Source: a candidate division WOR-3 bacterium (lineage in GTDB: Bacteria; Hydrothermota; Hydrothermia; JBDRYB01). From it: a DNA stretch of 11,877 nt. Shown in pieces: positions 8,155 through 11,877 of this stretch. Under the pieces are notes generated by a model, which was not told the origin of the DNA, made no database searches, and saw nothing but the letters and a program-made list of their open reading frames with translations. Made by a program: the position numbers and the translations under genes. Positions within the stretch are counted from its first letter, which is position 1; every line of letters begins with the position of its first letter. The DNA is taken from assembly GCA_049969615.1 (NCBI GenBank), contig JBMFOM010000064.1, positions 1 to 11,877 of the forward strand. Direction: 5' to 3'.

Positions 8155-9474
8155 ATGGGTTTTGTTCTTTGCTTAACGACCTTTCTGAACTCCGATGACT
8201 TTCTCTCACTACCTGGCCAGTGCTACGAGCCGGTCATCGCTGACCTCAACAATGATGGCAATCCGGACATAGTGGCCAATTCAAACAGCTATCCAACTGG
8301 TGCCATATACGTCTGGCTAGGGGATGGCCAGCCCAACCCCAGCTTCACATACCTGACCAATCTCGGATTCTCGGCTTGCTATTCGCCCCGAGTCGCGGAC
8401 TTCAACAACGACGGCAACCCTGACATAATGGGCGGGTTCTACGATGGGATTTTTGTTTGGTATGGGAACGGCCAGCCCAGTCCAACCTTTACTCAGGGCA
8501 CCAGCATTGCTTCCGGGGGCTGGTACCTGGCCTTAGCCATAGGTGACCTTGATGCCGACGGGGACACGGATATCGTCTCCTGCAGGGAAGATGTGAGGGT
8601 CTATGAAAACCTTGGCGGTCCGAACCCGAACTGGAACCTGAGAAATATCCTGGATGATGGCTCGGATTATCACTCCGTGGTCCTTGGAGACCTTGACGGT
8701 GATGGGGATCTAGACATCGTTGCCGGCTGTCAGAACGTCTCACAGGGAGTTGATGTCTGGCGCAATAATGGTGGGTTCTCCTGGACACTGATGACGCCGC
8801 CGGTCTCATCCGGGGAGTTCATAGACCTATGGCTTGGCGATGTTGATGGAGACGGAGACTCTGATCTCGCTGGCGCCAACAACGGCACCGGGGCCTATGT
8901 ATATGAGTTGACCGGGTCATTCTCCTGGATACAACGAACCAATCTGATGCCAACGAACCAGTGCTGGGGCGTGGCTTTCGCTGACTTCAACGGGGACGGC
9001 AATCTTGACCTGGTCGCGAACAATGTGAGCCAGAAGTATGTTTATCTCTGGCTGGGCAACGGCGCTTTTGGCTGGTCATCCGAGGGAAACCTTTTGCCTC
9101 AGGCTTACTATGAGAACCTCTGGCCTGGTGACCTGAACAAGGACGGCAGAATTGATCTGGCCGGTGGCGCCTGGTCCCCGACAGGCGTCCAGACCTGGTT
9201 GAACGATTACCCGATGTCCGTTTATGATGGCAAAAACACTACCATGTCTGTCTCGGTTTGGCCAAACCCGGCCTCAAGCAAGACGCGTTTCTCTCTAGGA
9301 ACACAACTTCCCTTCTCCCTGAAGATATACGACGCGACCGGAAGGCCAGTCATTGAGAGACAGGCAAACGGTTCCTGCGACCTGGACATCTCCGGATTAT
9401 CACCGGGGGTGTATCTCTACACCTTGAAACAGGGCGAGGAAACCTGCACTGGACGCCTGACCATAGCGAGGTAG
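8155..9474 (+). CDS. Secreted FG-GAP/VCBS repeat beta-propeller protein with T9SS type-A-like C-terminal sorting domain
   Basis: 439 aa from the SD-supported ATG. Seven D-x-(N/D)-x-D-G-x-x-D-(I/L) calcium-blade motifs; tail VWPNP...IYDATGR...DISGLSPGVYLY. Confidence 0.88.
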   Translation: MGFVLCLTTFLNSDDFLSLPGQCYEPVIADLNNDGNPDIVANSNSYPTGAIYVWLGDGQPNPSFTYLTNLGFSACYSPRVADFNNDGNPDIMGGFYDGIFVWYGNGQPSPTFTQGTSIASGGWYLALAIGDLDADGDTDIVSCREDVRVYENLGGPNPNWNLRNILDDGSDYHSVVLGDLDGDGDLDIVAGCQNVSQGVDVWRNNGGFSWTLMTPPVSSGEFIDLWLGDVDGDGDSDLAGANNGTGAYVYELTGSFSWIQRTNLMPTNQCWGVAFADFNGDGNLDLVANNVSQKYVYLWLGNGAFGWSSEGNLLPQAYYENLWPGDLNKDGRIDLAGGAWSPTGVQTWLNDYPMSVYDGKNTTMSVSVWPNPASSKTRFSLGTQLPFSLKIYDATGRPVIERQANGSCDLDISGLSPGVYLYTLKQGEETCTGRLTIAR

Positions 9475-9483
9475 CTCCTCTGA

Positions 9484-9702
9484 ATGAGGGAATCAGTGAA
9501 AATGGCCGCGGGGTTCACCCAGGGACTGCAGGAACGGGATGGCTCCTGGCCGAGCGAATCCCACGTGATTGGCCTTGAGAAAAAAGGGGCCGAGCCCGTG
9601 GTTGACCCTGAAGGCCACGGAGACATTGTGAAGGCTAATGGAGTAAAGGCCACCCCCAGCCCATTGCTAAAGCGGGCATGGGCCTCATCGCTTGCGTTAT
9701 AA
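9484..9702 (+). pseudogene. 72-codon ORF; possible gene remnant carrying one QW (prenyltransferase/squalene cyclase repeat)-like motif
   Basis: SVKMAAGFTQGLQERDGSW resembles the helix-Q-x-x-D-G-S-W repeat; co-oriented and fills the gap between two genes. Confidence 0.3.
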
Positions 9703-9719
9703 TATCTCCCGGAGGAAAG

Positions 9720-10688
9720 ATGATAGGTATATTGGTCATGGTCCTTGCGTCACAGAGGGACACTCTGATTGACCTAGGTGAGGCCCAGAGAAGGGCCGGC
9801 GCGATCATTGGCGCGCTGGAGATTGGAAAGAAGAAGGGTGGAATATATGCAGAGGCTGTTTCCGAGCTGGAGCTGGCCGCGACCAGACTCTCGTCCCTCG
9901 GCCAGTATGACGGCAGAGGAGGTTTCGTCTTCACTGATCCTGACTCGGCCACCAAAGCCGCGGCCTATGTGAACAGCGTGGAGGCCACCACTGGCGTGAA
10001 CAGGTGCTTTACCAAGCTAGACAAACAAATAGTGATATACCGGGCCCCGATACAAGAGGCTTATCGTCCGGAAACAGAGGTCAAGATAAGCACTGCAATT
10101 CAACTCTGGGTGGAGAATCCCGATGAGTATCGTTACTTTAAGACCCTGGCCGATGCATATGGCATAAAGTGGGGTGTGGATGAGAAAAAGGCGAAAAAAA
10201 CCGGAAAACCACTGCCAAAGGACCTGGTTGAAAGATGCAGGGTAGTCATGGAGTTCTGGGATGCCTATGGCAGGGTTGAGGTCACGAATGACACGTCAAT
10301 GGTCATGGTCTATAAGAAGGACATCAAGTCAAAGGCAGAGGTCAACTTCAGCAAGTCAGCTGAGCTGTTCAGGGGGTTCCTGCTGGCCGACAGCGTGTTC
10401 CAGATATACAACATATATACAGAAGAATCACCCATGAAGGTGAAGATAGACACAGAGATGGGCGAGCTGAAAGCCAGGGTTGATTTCTTCGCCCGGTATC
10501 TCACGGAGGGGAGCTATCTTTTCCAGGAAGCGAGGCGAGAGCTTGTCACGGGGCCGGATGGTACCCAGGCAATAAAGGAGACCCCCGAGAAACGCGGCAC
10601 CAGATGGGACTTCGTGAAATGGTTTCTGCCAGATCTGGTTGATGTGACGCAAAGAACCCTCAAAGCATTTGGAAAGACACTGAAATGA
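9720..10688 (+). CDS. Hypothetical, probably exported protein; paralogue 1 of a tandem pair
   Basis: 322 aa from ATG 9720 (SD GGAGGA 9711-9716; TATAAT 9698-9703 with no clear -35). Short hydrophobic N-terminus; collinear similarity to the 10685 protein. Confidence 0.85.
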   Translation: MIGILVMVLASQRDTLIDLGEAQRRAGAIIGALEIGKKKGGIYAEAVSELELAATRLSSLGQYDGRGGFVFTDPDSATKAAAYVNSVEATTGVNRCFTKLDKQIVIYRAPIQEAYRPETEVKISTAIQLWVENPDEYRYFKTLADAYGIKWGVDEKKAKKTGKPLPKDLVERCRVVMEFWDAYGRVEVTNDTSMVMVYKKDIKSKAEVNFSKSAELFRGFLLADSVFQIYNIYTEESPMKVKIDTEMGELKARVDFFARYLTEGSYLFQEARRELVTGPDGTQAIKETPEKRGTRWDFVKWFLPDLVDVTQRTLKAFGKTLK

Positions 10689-11635
10689 TCTTGTTTTCGT
10701 TTATTTTAATAGCTGGGGCAAAGGATACCATACCGCTAGCGGACATACAGCGTGCCGCGGGCGCTTTGGCTGGCGCCAATAAGGCCTGTCTTGACCTGGG
10801 CGAGCCATATAAGAAGCTCGCGGAGAAATATCTTGACAGACACACAGTTGTCCTAGTGAACTGGGGCGATTACCTACCCTCGTCAGGACTATATTCCTTC
10901 AAGACCACCGGAACCGCCAAGGCCGCGAAAGAATACATGGAAAAGGCCGTGGTAAAAACCGATGTCTATAACTTCTTCAATGAGCTCTCGCTCGCACAGA
11001 GGGTCCTCGGGGAGATACCCCTCGTATCAGGCGGGGTCATAAAGGTCAAGGTCGGGGTCCATTGGCACCTGGCGAAGGAAAACCCGCAGGCCTACGCTTT
11101 GATAAAAACCCTGGCCGATATATATGGGGTTGCATGGCCTCCCGCGCCCGGCCCAGCCACGGTTATGCCATCAGATTACCTGACAAGGGTAATGACGGTC
11201 AAGGACTGGGTCAAGGCGGTTGACGCCATTCCGTTTGATCCAATGGATACGGTCTATGTGAATGTCCTCACGGGAGACTTCAAGGCAAGGGTCAAGACAG
11301 GGTTCTCAGTAGGTTGTGACCTCTTATTTTCCTATTTCTCGGCCGATTCACTTTATAGGGCATATGCCCACGACTCCCCCTATCCCATAATGGCTGGGGC
11401 TATGATGGATTCCCTCTCGTCCGAGGCCCTGAAGTTCAAAGAATACCTTACGGTAGCCAGATATGTCTTTGAGCCAGCCATTGATACCATGATAACCAAT
11501 CCGGACGGCACCCAAACCTGGATAAGAAAACCCGAGAAGAAGGGAACCATGTGGAAGTTCATATCAACATACCATCCGGACATAGCGCCCAGAACATCAG
11601 CCGCGATGAAGGCCCTTGGAGTAACGGTGCCATGA
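10685..11635 (+). CDS. Hypothetical, probably exported protein; paralogue 2 of a tandem pair
   Basis: 316 aa; ATGA start/stop overlap with paralogue 1; shares KTLADxYG, PDGTQ and PEKxGTxWxF motifs. Confidence 0.85.
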   Translation: MILFSFILIAGAKDTIPLADIQRAAGALAGANKACLDLGEPYKKLAEKYLDRHTVVLVNWGDYLPSSGLYSFKTTGTAKAAKEYMEKAVVKTDVYNFFNELSLAQRVLGEIPLVSGGVIKVKVGVHWHLAKENPQAYALIKTLADIYGVAWPPAPGPATVMPSDYLTRVMTVKDWVKAVDAIPFDPMDTVYVNVLTGDFKARVKTGFSVGCDLLFSYFSADSLYRAYAHDSPYPIMAGAMMDSLSSEALKFKEYLTVARYVFEPAIDTMITNPDGTQTWIRKPEKKGTMWKFISTYHPDIAPRTSAAMKALGVTVP

Positions 11636-11640
11636 GGGCT

Positions 11641-11730
11641 ATAACCCATATTTTGCGGCAGGCTGTAAGCCTTGAATTGCCGACGGATCAGCTCAGATAA
11701 CATTGCTAAGTCTGTCTTTGGAACCCGGCC
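11641..11730. repeat. Diverged intergenic repeat, copy B
   Basis: Direct, gap-free match to 7968-8057; begins 5 nt after the stop of paralogue 2. Confidence 0.8.
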
Positions 11731-11877
11731 GGGGATCAATCTGAGGCCCCTAAGAAACTAGAACCATTGCCTTAGGTACATCCGGTCTTCCCAGATACAA
11801 TGATCCTTCACCCGGCTGGCCTCTAGCTGGCCCCTGATTGACCACTTGCCTTATTCTCTGGGTATGAAGGAGAGGAC

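Noticed and set aside
9662-9670. CATTGCTAA shared with 11701-11709 as a third repeat copy
   Set aside because: Flanks do not align; a single 9-mer can occur by chance.
7968-11730. Integron attC interpretation of the 90-bp repeats (TAAC just after a stop codon)
   Set aside because: No complementary GTTRRRY end or end-to-end dyad symmetry in either copy, and no integrase in the window.
734-11739. Remaining short antisense or alternative-frame ORFs in the track
   Set aside because: They are shadows of well-supported genes and have no motifs of their own.

Overview
Bacterial chromosomal window, probably from an FCB-group lineage such as WOR-3; this is inferred only from two proteins with T9SS-type C-terminal tails. 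On the + strand, 489-1805 encodes a COG2403 P-loop enzyme of the cDPG-synthetase-like / arginine synthetase ArcE family. A minus-strand run encodes a DUF62 SAM hydrolase, an M50 site-2 protease, a DUF374 acyltransferase, a secreted beta-helix protein, YebC and RuvC. A + strand accessory block holds a secreted 7-repeat FG-GAP propeller, a 72-codon ORF with a QW-like motif, and two translationally coupled paralogues of a family I do not recognise. The strongest unexplained signals are non-coding: a ~330-bp imperfect palindrome (37-367), a gap-free ~90-bp diverged direct repeat (7968-8057 and 11641-11730) bracketing the accessory block, and short motifs shared between intergenic regions. No rRNA, tRNA, CRISPR array, transposase or integrase was recognised. 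All alignments were done by eye.
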